From: Kiritimatiellia bacterium
GTDB taxonomy: Bacteria > Verrucomicrobiota > Kiritimatiellia > CAIQIC01 > Lenti-01
Direction: 5' to 3'
Length of the DNA: 64,000 bases
NCBI GenBank assembly: GCA_017527155.1
Contig: JAFXQI010000027.1
Coordinates: 12,628-76,627, forward strand
Part shown: in pieces, positions 16,620 to 26,723 of the stretch
Numbering within the stretch: position 1 is the stretch's first letter
Layout of the letters: each line of letters opens with the position of its first letter
The notes under the pieces: generated by a model
Databases searched by the model: none
Told to the model about the DNA's origin: nothing
What the model saw: the letters and a program-made list of their open reading frames with translations, nothing else
Made by a program: the position numbers and the translations under genes

Positions 16620-17257
16620 CGGGCGCCGGCCTCCGCGCGGCGGGCGGCGAGGGGCGGGACGATGGCGTAGGCGAGGCCGAGGACCGCCATCAGCGCCGCC
16701 ATGCACACGACGATGCGGACGCTGCCGAGGTGCGCCGTCAGGTAGAAGCCCGTCAGGAAGGTCCCGAAGATGCTGCCCACCGCGTTCCAGGCGTAGAGGT
16801 TGCCGATGGCGCGGCCGGTGTTGGAGGGGCAGCGGTCGATGGCCAGCTTGGCCACCATCGGGCTGATCGTGCCGAGGACGATGGTCGGCAGCAGGAACAC
16901 CCACGACATGTGGATCAGGATGCGCAGCGGCCAGTTCAGGGACATCAGCCAGAGCGCGCGGCCCGCCCACGCGTTCAGGGCCAGGATCGCCAGGCACGCG
17001 GCGGCGCAGGCGAAGAACATCTTCGAGATGCGGCGGGGGAGCGGTCCGGGGCGGTCGGCGAGGCGGCCGCCGATGGCATTGCCGATGCTCATGCCGGCGA
17101 GGATGACGCCCATGACGCCCGTCCACGTGTAGAGGGAGGAGCCGAGGAAGCGCGCGATGAGGCGGCTGGCCACCAGCTCGACGGTCATCATGCCGGCGCC
17201 CGTCAGGAAAACGGTGGCGTTGAGTTCGAAGGTGCGGTGGGATGCGGAGGATTTCAT
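16616..17257 (-). CDS. Polytopic membrane protein (MFS-like N-terminal module commonly fused to spermidine synthase domains)
   Basis: 213 aa with 6 hydrophobic helices. There is a 4-bp overlap with the downstream aminopropyltransferase gene. Confidence 0.6.
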   Translation of the reverse strand: MKSSASHRTFELNATVFLTGAGMMTVELVASRLIARFLGSSLYTWTGVMGVILAGMSIGNAIGGRLADRPGPLPRRISKMFFACAAACLAILALNAWAGRALWLMSLNWPLRILIHMSWVFLLPTIVLGTISPMVAKLAIDRCPSNTGRAIGNLYAWNAVGSIFGTFLTGFYLTAHLGSVRIVVCMAALMAVLGLAYAIVPPLAARRAEAGAR

Positions 17258-17370
17258 GGTGGGGGAGTATAGGCGGTCGCGGGGCGCGGCGGAAGCGGAA
17301 AGTGGGGATCGCCGAGGCGAAAGCGGGGAATGGGTTGCGGAAACGGGACGGGGAGTGTATCACGGAGGAC

Positions 17371-18810
17371 ATGGATTCCCCTACCCTTCCAGAAGATGCA
17401 GAAGACACGATCGTGGCGCCGGCGACTCCGCCCGGCGAAGGGGGGATTGCGGTCGTCCGCATTTCCGGTCCGGAGGCGCTCCCCCTGGCGGACCGGCTGT
17501 TCCGCCCCCGTGGCGGTCCCCTGCCCTCCCGGACGCCGGAGAGGACGTTCCGGTTCGGACACGTCCTTTCGGGACCCGGCGGGGCCGTCCTCGACGAGGC
17601 CCTCCTGCTCGTCTTCCGCGCGCCGCGGTCCTACACCGGCGAGGATTCCGTCGAAATCCAGTGCCACGGATCGCCCCGCACCGTGCAGGCCATCGTGCAG
17701 GCCGTCCTCGACGGCGGGGCCCGCATGGCCGAGCCGGGGGAATTCACGAAACGTTCGTTCTTGAACGGCAAAATGGATTTGACCCAGGCCGAAGCCGTCG
17801 GCGACCTCATCCACGCCCGGAGCGAACGCGCCGCGCGCCTGGCCGCCGCCCAGCTCGGCGATGCCCTGGGCCACCGCATCCGCGGACTGTACGACGACCT
17901 GGTCCGCCTTTCCGCCGACACCGAGGCCATGCTGGATTTTCCCGACGACGAGCTGCCGCAGGAAGTGCCCGCCGAACTGCTGGGGCGGCTCCGCGGGACC
18001 ATGGATAGGCTCGAAGCGCTGCTCGCGACGTGGCACGAGGGGCGCGTTCTCCGGGACGGCCTCCGGATCACCATCGCAGGGACGCCGAACACCGGGAAAT
18101 CCACGTTGCTGAATCTGCTCTGCGGGGAAGGCAAAGCAATTGTATCTCCTTATCCCGGAACGACCAGGGACATCATAGAGGTCGAGACGAGCCTCCATGG
18201 GTACCCCATCCGGCTCCAAGATACCGCCGGGTTGCGGGAGGCCCCGGACCCCGTGGAACGGGAAGGCATCCGGCGGGCCCGCGAAGCGGTCGAGGCGGCC
18301 GACCTGCTGGTCTGCCTGGTGGACGCCTCGAAGCCGCTGTCGGAGGAGGAGGTCGCATTCCTTTCGGGACGCGATCCCGCCACGACCCTCTGCCTGGCCA
18401 ACAAGGCGGACCTGGGCGACGGCTCGTCCGGGTTCCGGGTGGGAGGGCACGTTTTCCATGCCGTGTCGCTGGTGGACCCGGAAGCGCGCGAGCCGGTGGT
18501 CGGGATGATCCTGCGGAAGGCGGGGCTGGAACCGGATGACGGGGCCCCCTTCCCCATCCAGAGAGCCGCCGGGACGTCCGCCGAGTCCGGCGAGGTCGCG
18601 GTGTCGGCGCGCCACGGAAAGGCCCTGCGCGAGGCCTTGGAGGAGCTCCGCAAGGCGGAGGGACGGCTGGAAACCGGACGGGAGGAAGACTGGCTGCCGG
18701 CCGCCATGGGACTCCGGGAGGCGGCCGTGCGGATGGCCACCATCCTCGGGCGGCAATGGGACGAAGATACGCTGGACGCGGTGTTCTCGCGGTTCTGCGT
18801 GGGGAAATGA
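17371..18810 (+). CDS. mnmE: tRNA modification GTPase MnmE
   Basis: GIAVVRISG...TIAGTPNTGKSTLLN...DTAGLRE...C-terminal CVGK motif. Confidence 0.9.
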   Translation: MDSPTLPEDAEDTIVAPATPPGEGGIAVVRISGPEALPLADRLFRPRGGPLPSRTPERTFRFGHVLSGPGGAVLDEALLLVFRAPRSYTGEDSVEIQCHGSPRTVQAIVQAVLDGGARMAEPGEFTKRSFLNGKMDLTQAEAVGDLIHARSERAARLAAAQLGDALGHRIRGLYDDLVRLSADTEAMLDFPDDELPQEVPAELLGRLRGTMDRLEALLATWHEGRVLRDGLRITIAGTPNTGKSTLLNLLCGEGKAIVSPYPGTTRDIIEVETSLHGYPIRLQDTAGLREAPDPVEREGIRRAREAVEAADLLVCLVDASKPLSEEEVAFLSGRDPATTLCLANKADLGDGSSGFRVGGHVFHAVSLVDPEAREPVVGMILRKAGLEPDDGAPFPIQRAAGTSAESGEVAVSARHGKALREALEELRKAEGRLETGREEDWLPAAMGLREAAVRMATILGRQWDEDTLDAVFSRFCVGK

Positions 18811-18879
18811 GCGCGGGCGCCCCCTTGTTCCTCCCCCGGACGGCCGAAGCAACCACCCTCTTTGCAAAGGAAGAAACAG

Positions 18880-20826
18880 ATGAATACCCCAGAAAAGAAG
18901 ACCTTCCAGCTGATCGTCATCGGGGCCGGCCATGCGGGCTGCGAGGCGGCGCTGGCGGCGGCGCGGATGGGCGTGGATACGGCGCTGGTGACCATGAAGG
19001 CGGAAAACGCCGCCAAGATGTCGTGCAACCCCTCCATCGGCGGCATCGCGAAGTCCCACATGGTGTTCGAGCTGGACGCCTTGGGCGGGGAGATGGCGAG
19101 GAACACCGACTGCACGGGCATCCAGTTCCGGGTGCTGAACCGCCGCAAGGGGCCCGCCGTGCAGGCCAACCGGGCGCAGTGCGACAAGCCGGCGTATTCC
19201 GCGCGCATGGCGGAGGTGCTGCGGCGGCAGGAGCACCTGGCGGTCGTGGAGGACACCGTGCGGGAAATCCTCGTGGAAAACGGCCGCGCGGCAGGCGTCC
19301 TGGGCATCCGGTCGGGGCGGCTGGAGGCGCGGTGCGTGGTCCTGACGGCGGGGACGTTCCTCAACGGAAAAATCTTCGTCGGCAAGCACGCCGTGGATGC
19401 CGGGCGGCTGGGCGAGCCCGCGGCGCTGGAGCTGAGCGACAAGTTGCGGGATCTGGGGTTCCACGTGGAACGTCTCAAGACCGGCACCCCGCCGCGCCTG
19501 CACAAGGATTCCATCGACTACGCGGCCATGGCCGTGGAGCCAGGCGAGACCGATCCCGTGCCGTTCTTTTCCTGGGAGGGCCGGGAGGGATTGTTCCACG
19601 TGGAACAACCGGGGAATCCATCCGGCGGCGATGACGCCGCGGAACGCGCCGGCGAGTCGATGGTTCCACGTGGAACATCGGGTTCCGCGCTCTTCCCGTG
19701 GGTTCCGGGGAGCGACCCCATTCCCTGCCACCTGACGCACACGAACGCGGGGACGGTCGGCATCATCTCCGCCCACCTCGCGGATTCGGCGCTCTACGGT
19801 GGGCTGATCGACGCCCCGGGCGCGCGGTACTGTCCCTCCATCGAGGACAAGGTGGTGAAGTTTTCCTCCCACACGGACCACCACGTCTTCGTGGAGCCGG
19901 AGGGGCGGTCGGTCTTGGAGGTGTATCCGAACGGGACGTCGAACAGCCTTCCCCTGGAGGTCCAGCTGCGGATGATCCGGTCGATCCGCGGCCTGGAGCG
20001 CGCGGAGTTCCTCGCCCCCGGGTATGCCATCGAGTACGACTACTTCGACCCGACGCAGCTCAAGCCGACGCTGGAGACGAAGCGGGTGGAGGGCCTGTAT
20101 TTCGCCGGACAGGTCAACGGCACGACCGGCTACGAGGAGGCGGCCGCCCAGGGCGTGATGGCCGGCATCAACGCGGCGTTGGCCGTCCTCGGCAAAGGGG
20201 AGCTGGTCTTCGCCCGGCACGAGGCGTACATCGGGGTGATGATCGACGACCTGGTGACGAAGGGGGTCACGGAGCCCTACCGGATGTTCACCTCCCGCGC
20301 GGAGCACCGCCTGCTCCTCCGGCAGGACAACGCGGTGTTCCGCCTGGCCGGTGCCGCGGAGAGGGTGGGGATCGTCCCCGCCGCCCGGTTGCGGACCATC
20401 CGGGAGCGGGAGGGGCAGATCCGCGCCGAGCTCGCCCGGCTGGACCGGGAACGCGCCCCCGACGGGGCGACCCTCGCGCAGTGGCTGCGCCGCCCGGAAA
20501 TCGGATACGATGCGATGCCCGGGCATCGCGGCGACCTGCCGCGGATGGTCCGGGAGCAGGTGGAGTTCGAGACGAAGTACGCGGGCTACATCGAGCGGGA
20601 ACTGCGCAATGTAAAAAAGTCACAACACATTGCGGAACAACAGATTCCAGCCGATTTCGACTACCATTCCATCGCCGCCCTCCGCTACGAGTCCCGGGAA
20701 AAGCTCTCCGCGATCCGCCCCCGCGACCTCGGCCAGGCCTCCCGCGTATCGGGCGTCACCCCCGCCGACATCGCCATCCTCTCGGTATGGCTCAAGCGTC
20801 TCGGTGGAGGGGAACGGACCGAGTAG
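18880..20826 (+). CDS. mnmG: tRNA uridine-5-carboxymethylaminomethyl synthesis enzyme MnmG (GidA). It carries a ~40-codon in-frame insertion with two extra copies of a 14-bp palindrome.
   Basis: [61 protein letters not shown] precedes ATG 18880. Confidence 0.9.
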   Translation: MNTPEKKTFQLIVIGAGHAGCEAALAAARMGVDTALVTMKAENAAKMSCNPSIGGIAKSHMVFELDALGGEMARNTDCTGIQFRVLNRRKGPAVQANRAQCDKPAYSARMAEVLRRQEHLAVVEDTVREILVENGRAAGVLGIRSGRLEARCVVLTAGTFLNGKIFVGKHAVDAGRLGEPAALELSDKLRDLGFHVERLKTGTPPRLHKDSIDYAAMAVEPGETDPVPFFSWEGREGLFHVEQPGNPSGGDDAAERAGESMVPRGTSGSALFPWVPGSDPIPCHLTHTNAGTVGIISAHLADSALYGGLIDAPGARYCPSIEDKVVKFSSHTDHHVFVEPEGRSVLEVYPNGTSNSLPLEVQLRMIRSIRGLERAEFLAPGYAIEYDYFDPTQLKPTLETKRVEGLYFAGQVNGTTGYEEAAAQGVMAGINAALAVLGKGELVFARHEAYIGVMIDDLVTKGVTEPYRMFTSRAEHRLLLRQDNAVFRLAGAAERVGIVPAARLRTIREREGQIRAELARLDRERAPDGATLAQWLRRPEIGYDAMPGHRGDLPRMVREQVEFETKYAGYIERELRNVKKSQHIAEQQIPADFDYHSIAALRYESREKLSAIRPRDLGQASRVSGVTPADIAILSVWLKRLGGGERTE

Positions 20827-20858
20827 GGCCTGTACCGGAGCGTCCGGCGGTGCCGCCC

Positions 20859-21332
20859 TCAACCCCGCCGGTCCGGGCGGGTCCAGCGGGCAAGGGTCCG
20901 ATCCAGCCAGCGGAGGGTGGAGGGGAGGCGGGCGGCGTCGAGGGCGCAGGTCCAGAGGACGACGACGTTCCAGCCGGCATCGTGCCAGAGCTGTTCGTTG
21001 CGGGCGTCGCGGCGGACGTTGGTGCGGAATTTCGCGTTCCAGAAGGGGCGGTTGGTTTTCGGGGTCGTGGCGGCGGGACATTCGGTTTCGTGAACGAGCT
21101 TGCGGCCATCCCACGTCCAGCCATGGCGGTGCCAGAAGCATCCGCGGACCTCGATGATGGCCCGGGCGCGCGGGATGACGATGTCGGGGTGGCCCGGCAG
21201 GCGGCGGTCGCAGACGCGGTAGCGCCAGCCGGCGTGCCAGAGGTGGTGGCGGACCAGCCGCTCGGGGCGCGTGTCGCGTCCGTGGATGGCGGCCATCATG
21301 CGGGAGCGGACGGCGGGTGGGACGGTATCCAT
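20859..21332 (-). CDS. vsr: Very short patch repair endonuclease
   Basis: RSRMMAAIHGRDTRPERLVR...GHPDIVI...GCFWHRHG...FWNAKFRTNVRRDARNEQLWHDAGWNVVVLWTCAL aligns with E. coli Vsr motifs. Confidence 0.85.
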   Translation of the reverse strand: MDTVPPAVRSRMMAAIHGRDTRPERLVRHHLWHAGWRYRVCDRRLPGHPDIVIPRARAIIEVRGCFWHRHGWTWDGRKLVHETECPAATTPKTNRPFWNAKFRTNVRRDARNEQLWHDAGWNVVVLWTCALDAARLPSTLRWLDRTLARWTRPDRRG

Positions 21333-21390
21333 GGGTGGGGTTTTACGCCGGGCGGGTCCGGGGCGCAATCCCGATTCGCGTTCGCGGGGC

Positions 21391-23145
21391 TCAGGCGAAG
21401 CCGGAGGCGCGGGTGACAGGGCGGGAGATGCAGGTGCGGAGGGAGGGGATGGAGGTCCAGAGGCGGGCGGTGCGGCGGGTGCGGGTGACGGCGGTGTAGA
21501 GGATTTCGCGGGTCAGGAGGGGGCAGGCGGGGTCGGCAGGGAGGACGATCGCGATGTCGTCGTACTCGGAGCCCTGGCTCTTGTGGATGGTGGTCGCCCA
21601 GGCGGATTCGAGGCCGGTCAGGAGCAGGCGGGGCAGGCTGCGGGGGGGGGAGTCGGGGGTGGCGCCGGGAAGCCAGACGAGGTCGGGGTCGGCGGGCAGG
21701 ATGACGCCGAGGTCGCCGTTGTGGACGTCGAGGGACGGGTCGTTGTGCGTGACCATGACGGGCATGGGGGCCGTCGGGGGCAGCCAGGCGCGGATGGCGG
21801 CGTTGGCGCGGTCGACGCCGAAAGGGCCGCGGCGGACGGCGCAGAGGACGCGGTAGGCGTTGATGCGGGACAGGGCGTCGGCCGGGGTGGCGGCGCGGGA
21901 GAGGGCGTCGAAGCCCGCCAGGACAGCGGCGCGGAAGCCGGGCCAGGCGTCGGGGCCGCGGGAGGCGTCGGCGGGATGGGGGGTGCAGGCGAGGGGGGAG
22001 GACGGGGAAGAGGAGGCCTCCGGGAGGAGAGAAAGGGCGGCGGGGGCGTCGCCGGCGTTGACGGCGGCGGCGAAGAGGGCGATGGGGCCGTCGGCGCCGA
22101 ACCGGTGGCTGGTGGCGAGGCGGGTGAGCGGGTAGCGGCCGGAGTCGCAGAGGTCGCGGAGGATGCGTCCGCGTTCGACGGAGGCCAGCTGGTGGGGGTC
22201 GCCGATGAGGAGGAGCCGGGCGGAGGACGGAAGGGCGTCGAGGACGTGGCCGAAGAGGAGGAGGTCGACCATGCTGGCTTCGTCGATGACCAGCCAGTCG
22301 GCGGGAAGCGGGTTGGCGGCGTCATGGCGGCAGCGGCCGGTGACGGGATTCTGGCCGATGAGATGCTGGAGGGTGGTCGGGGAATCGGGCAGGACGACAC
22401 CGGCGGCGGACAGGCTTTCGGCCATGCGGGCGGCGGCTTTGCCGGTCGGGGCGGCCAGGCGGATGCGGAGGGAGGGATCGGAGCGGAGGGCGAGCTGCAC
22501 GGCGCGGGCGAGGACGTGGGTCTTGCCGGTACCGGGGCCGCCGGTCAGGATGGCGAAGGGGTGCGAGAGGATGGTTTGAAGGGCGGCGAGCTGTTCGGGG
22601 AAGAGCGTGGAGCTTCCAGGGGGACAAGGGGCATCGGTTTGCGGTGCGCCGTGCGGGCGGGCCATGGTGTCGAGGCGGTCGCGGATGCGGCGTTCGCAGC
22701 GGTGGTTGCGGCGGGTGTAGAGGCGGTCGCGGTCGAGGATGAAGGGGGCGAAGGCAGGGGTGTCGGGCGGGGCGACGATGGCGGGGAAGGAGAGGAGGGC
22801 CGCGGTCAGGTCGGGAAGGGAAGGAAAGCGGAAGGCGGCGGCGGCGGGGGGCGCGGCGGGGGCAGGGTCGGAATCGGGGAAGGCGGGGGAGGTTTCGGGG
22901 TCGGAGGCGACGTCCTGGCGGAGGAGGTCGTCGTGGGTGAGGCCGGCGATGCGGTCGAGGGGGAGGCAGACGTCGCCGCCGGCGATGGCGCGCACGGCTT
23001 CGGCGCAGATGCGGGCGACGAGGGCAGCGTCGGCGGGATCGGCGGCGGGGCCGGCCATGCGGCGGACGAGGTCGGCGACGGCGGAGGGGAGGGAGGAGGC
23101 GGTGGAGGGGGATGAGGAGGGGGATGAGGAGGGCTTGGGGAACAT
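21391..23145 (-). CDS. recD: Exodeoxyribonuclease V alpha subunit
   Basis: AILTGGPGTGKTHVLARAV, WLVIDEASMVDLL, LLLIGDPHQLASVE, TIHKSQGSEYDDIAIVL are the SF1 helicase motifs of RecD. Confidence 0.85.
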   Translation of the reverse strand: MFPKPSSSPSSSPSTASSLPSAVADLVRRMAGPAADPADAALVARICAEAVRAIAGGDVCLPLDRIAGLTHDDLLRQDVASDPETSPAFPDSDPAPAAPPAAAAFRFPSLPDLTAALLSFPAIVAPPDTPAFAPFILDRDRLYTRRNHRCERRIRDRLDTMARPHGAPQTDAPCPPGSSTLFPEQLAALQTILSHPFAILTGGPGTGKTHVLARAVQLALRSDPSLRIRLAAPTGKAAARMAESLSAAGVVLPDSPTTLQHLIGQNPVTGRCRHDAANPLPADWLVIDEASMVDLLLFGHVLDALPSSARLLLIGDPHQLASVERGRILRDLCDSGRYPLTRLATSHRFGADGPIALFAAAVNAGDAPAALSLLPEASSSPSSPLACTPHPADASRGPDAWPGFRAAVLAGFDALSRAATPADALSRINAYRVLCAVRRGPFGVDRANAAIRAWLPPTAPMPVMVTHNDPSLDVHNGDLGVILPADPDLVWLPGATPDSPPRSLPRLLLTGLESAWATTIHKSQGSEYDDIAIVLPADPACPLLTREILYTAVTRTRRTARLWTSIPSLRTCISRPVTRASGFA

Positions 23146-23333
23146 GATTTAAAACAAGTTTGTCAATGAAACAAAGATTTCAACAAATGGGACTTGCGGA
23201 AAACCGAAAGCCTTCCATTGGATGTACTTTTGTTTGTTGTCTGGTTTGGTCAATTTTATCTTGAAATATTTATGAAAGATTTATTCCTTGAAGAGTTGTT
23301 TTTTGAGTTGTTTCGGGTTGTTTTCCATCGGTT
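23146..23333. other. ~190-bp AT-rich (~30% GC) spacer between recB and recD. It contains TTGACA immediately upstream of the recD ATG.
   Basis: Direct reading: ttaaaacaagtttgtcaatgaaacaaagatttcaacaaatggg... within ~70% GC surroundings. Confidence 0.6.
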
Positions 23334-26300
23334 TCACGGGAGGCCGAGGGCGGTGGCGAGGTCGTCGAGGAGAGGGGCGGAGGGGTGGTCGGTGTAGACG
23401 GCGGTGCGGTGGATGGCGGCGCCGCGGAGGAAGATGTAGCGGATGCCGCCGAAGTGGTCGCTCCAGTCGTATCCGGGGAGGGTGGCGCGGAGGTGGCGGT
23501 GGAGGACGGCGGAATAGATGAGGTACTGGAGGAAGTAGGCGTGGGAGGCCATCTCGTCGCGCAGGCCGGCGGGCGTGAAGGAGGATTCGCGGCGGCCGAG
23601 GGCGTTGGACTTCCAGTCGACGATGTAGTAGCGGCCGGCGTGGCGGAAGAGGAGGTCGAGGTAGCCCATCAGGAAGCCTTTGGGAATGGGGCGGTCCCAA
23701 TGGTCGAGGGTGTGCAGGAAGTGGCGGTGGTCGCTGTCGGCGGATTCGGCGTCCCAATGGGCGTGGAGGATGTCGCGCAGGACGGCGGTGGAGGGGGCGG
23801 CGGCGCGGGTGGAGAAGTCGAATTCCCATTCGCTGGCGCGGTCGGTCCAGGGGATGTCGCGGAGGCGGAAGGCGGGGGCGCCGTCGGGGGGCGCGAGGGG
23901 GAGGTCGAGGGTGGCGCGGACCATCGCGAGGACGGTATCGATGCGGGCGGCGCGCGCGTCGTCGGTGCCGCGCAGGAGGCCGCCGGCGAGGAGGTGTTTG
24001 GCGACGAGGGGGCGGAGGTCGGCGTCGGTAGCGCGGAAGTCGGCGTCTTCGAAGATGTCGTGCCAGCAGTTGCCGATGGCGGTACCGGGAGGGAAGGCGA
24101 AGATGGGGTGCGTGGAAGGGGGCTCGGCGGTGGGCGGGTCGGCGGCGGGGTCGGCGGCGGACGGGGCGGCGTCGTGGTCGCGGGGGTCGGCGGCGGCGGG
24201 GCCGTCGGCGGCCTCGGCGGCGGGGGTGAGGGAGGAGTAGCTGCCGCGGCCGCGGGGCGGCGGGAGGGAGGGGGGCGCGGGCGGGGGGACGAACGGGGCG
24301 GAAGCCGTGGCGGGGAGAGCGGGCGGGGCGTCCGCGCTCCCGACGAGGGCGGGTCGGACGAGGTGGTGGGCACGGGCGCGGTCGAGTAGGGTGGAGAAGG
24401 CGCGGTTGGGGATCTTGGCGCCGTCGGGGGGAGCAAGGACGATGCAACGGTAGGCGGCGCGGGTGAGGCCGACGTAGAGGATGCGCATGTCCTCGGCGAT
24501 GGATTCGCGGTCTTCGGCGGCGGCGGCGTCCGCGGAGGTGCCGATGCGCAGGGTGCCGGCGGCGTCGTGGTAGATGTGCAACGGGGCCCCGGTGTTGCCT
24601 TTTTCGCCTTGCCAGCGCCAGAAGGCGTCGGGCAGGACGGTGACGGGGAATTCGAGGCCCTTGGCGGCGTGGTGGGTGAGGATCTGGACGGCCGCGGAGT
24701 CGGATTCGAGCCGCAGGCAGGCTTCGTCGCCGGCGTCGGGGGCGGCGCGGCGCAGGTACCAGTCGAGGACGGCCGCGGGCTGGGCGGCGGTGGCCCCGGC
24801 ATGGGCGTGGATGAGTTCGGCCAGGTGCAGGATGTTGACGAGGGCGCGTTCGCCGCCGGACGCCGCGGCGATGCGGGGCCGGAAGGCGAGGTCGGCTTCC
24901 ATGCGGGCGAAGGCGGCCAGGAATCCGCGGTCGTGCCAGAGAAGGGTCCACTCGCGGAAGGCGCGGAGGAAGTCGGTCATGGTCGCGGGGGCGCCGGGGT
25001 CGGGGCGGCGGGCGAGGAAGGGATAGCGACTGCGCCCTGCGGGCGAGTGACAAGTGAAAAGTGAAAAGTGAAAAGTGGGCGGTGCGCCCTGCGGGCGGCA
25101 TGCAGGAGGATTTTCCGGGGGGAGGGCGCCGTCGGGGCGGGCGAGGAGGGAGACCTCGGCGGCGGTGAGGCCGAAGAAGGGGGTGAGGAGGGCGGCGCGG
25201 ACGGTCGCGGCGTGGGAGGGATTGGCGAAGGCGGCGAGGAGCAGGCGGAAGGCTTCGGCTTCGGCGGTACGGAAGACGGAATGCTTTTTGTCGAGGACGA
25301 CGGCGGGGATTCCGAGAGCGCGCAGGCGGGCGGCGATGGCGGGGCCCTTGTCCTTGATGCCGGCGCGCACGAGCACGGCGATGTCGCCGGGCGCGAGCGG
25401 GCGGGCGCCGTCTTCGTCGCACAGCTCGGGCCGGGCGGCCAGGAGGGCGGCGATTTCGGCGGCGGTGGCGTCGGTCGCCGCGTCGTCGTCTGGCAGCGTG
25501 GCGAACTGGATGGCGGGCGCGCCGTCGGCGAGGTCGGCCTTGGCGCTGCCGGCGCGGATGGTTCCGGGGTACGGGATGGCGCCGTCGCCGAAGGTCCAGG
25601 CATCGGGACCCGTGCCGCCGGGATCGCGGAAGAGGTCGTTGACGGCGGCGACGAGGCCGGGCGCGGAGCGGTGGTTCTCGCCGAGGGTGTAGCGGCGGTC
25701 GGGCGGGACGGCGGCGGCGGCGGCGCGGTAGGCGTGGATGTCGCCGCCGCGGAAGGCGTAGATGGACTGCTTGGGGTCGCCGATGAAGTAGACGGGCGGG
25801 GAGCCGGGAGCGTCGAGGAAGGCATCGCGGAAGATGGCGTACTGGACGGGGTCGGTGTCCTGGAACTCGTCGACCAGCACCGCCGCGTATTCCTCGCGCA
25901 GGGCCGCCGCGAAGGCGTCGCGCCGCGGCCCGCGCAGGGCGTCGCGCATCCCCAGCAGGATGTCGTCGAAGTCCGGCCGGCGGCGGTCCGGGCGCTCCGC
26001 GTCCCAGAGCGCCTGGAGGTCGAAGGCCACGCGCAGGGCGCACGCGGCGGGCGTGGTGCCGTCGAGGTCCGGGTCGGGTTGGATGCCGGGACGCGAGATG
26101 GTCTTGAGCGCGGAGAGGAGGTCGCCGAAGGCGAATCCGGGCGCGGCCGCTTCCGCGCCGCCCGGGGCGAGGGCGACGTTGCGGCGCCACCAGTCGCGGG
26201 CGGCGGCGGCGAGCTGGGCCTCGCGCACGGCGTCGGGCGGATCGGCGTCGAAGGCGAGGCCGGACTCGAAGGCGTAGCGGTCGAGGGCGCGACTGCAGAA

Positions 26301-26723
26301 GGCATGGATGGTCGAGATCGCGGCGCGGTCGAATTCCGCCAGCGCGGCCTCCACGGCCTGGCGGGCTCGGCGGAGGGTGTCCACGTCCGGCGGCAGGAGC
26401 GAAACGAGGAGGTTCGCCTGGGCGGTCTCGCGTCCGTCGGGGTCGGCCTGGCCGCGGAAGACGTCCTGGAGGGTGCCGAGCAGGCGGCGGAGGCGGTCGC
26501 GGAGTTCGCGCGTCGCGGCTTCGGTGAAGGTCACGACCAGCAGCCGCTCCACGCCGAGCCCCCGCGCCATGAGGAGGCGGGCGTAGAGGTTGCCGATGTT
26601 CCACGTCTTGCCCGTACCCGCCGAGGCCGCGACGAGATGCACGCCGTCGAGCGGAAAGTCGGGGTCCGCGAAGGCTTGCGCGAAGTCCTGGAAGTCCCGG
26701 GGATGGCGGAGGGGCGGGGTCAT
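23334..26723 (-). CDS. recB: Exodeoxyribonuclease V beta subunit (UvrD-like helicase + C-terminal PD-(D/E)xK nuclease). It carries an in-frame ~44-codon insertion of a (GTGAAAA)3 repeat element.
   Basis: LVAASAGTGKTWNIGNLYARLL, VVTFTEAATRELRDR, LVDEFQDTDPVQYAIF, YIVDWKSN nuclease motif. The repeat lies at 25020-25105 in frame. The ORF is continuous over 1,129 codons. Confidence 0.85.
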   Translation of the reverse strand: MTPPLRHPRDFQDFAQAFADPDFPLDGVHLVAASAGTGKTWNIGNLYARLLMARGLGVERLLVVTFTEAATRELRDRLRRLLGTLQDVFRGQADPDGRETAQANLLVSLLPPDVDTLRRARQAVEAALAEFDRAAISTIHAFCSRALDRYAFESGLAFDADPPDAVREAQLAAAARDWWRRNVALAPGGAEAAAPGFAFGDLLSALKTISRPGIQPDPDLDGTTPAACALRVAFDLQALWDAERPDRRRPDFDDILLGMRDALRGPRRDAFAAALREEYAAVLVDEFQDTDPVQYAIFRDAFLDAPGSPPVYFIGDPKQSIYAFRGGDIHAYRAAAAAVPPDRRYTLGENHRSAPGLVAAVNDLFRDPGGTGPDAWTFGDGAIPYPGTIRAGSAKADLADGAPAIQFATLPDDDAATDATAAEIAALLAARPELCDEDGARPLAPGDIAVLVRAGIKDKGPAIAARLRALGIPAVVLDKKHSVFRTAEAEAFRLLLAAFANPSHAATVRAALLTPFFGLTAAEVSLLARPDGALPPENPPACRPQGAPPTFHFSLFTCHSPAGRSRYPFLARRPDPGAPATMTDFLRAFREWTLLWHDRGFLAAFARMEADLAFRPRIAAASGGERALVNILHLAELIHAHAGATAAQPAAVLDWYLRRAAPDAGDEACLRLESDSAAVQILTHHAAKGLEFPVTVLPDAFWRWQGEKGNTGAPLHIYHDAAGTLRIGTSADAAAAEDRESIAEDMRILYVGLTRAAYRCIVLAPPDGAKIPNRAFSTLLDRARAHHLVRPALVGSADAPPALPATASAPFVPPPAPPSLPPPRGRGSYSSLTPAAEAADGPAAADPRDHDAAPSAADPAADPPTAEPPSTHPIFAFPPGTAIGNCWHDIFEDADFRATDADLRPLVAKHLLAGGLLRGTDDARAARIDTVLAMVRATLDLPLAPPDGAPAFRLRDIPWTDRASEWEFDFSTRAAAPSTAVLRDILHAHWDAESADSDHRHFLHTLDHWDRPIPKGFLMGYLDLLFRHAGRYYIVDWKSNALGRRESSFTPAGLRDEMASHAYFLQYLIYSAVLHRHLRATLPGYDWSDHFGGIRYIFLRGAAIHRTAVYTDHPSAPLLDDLATALGLP

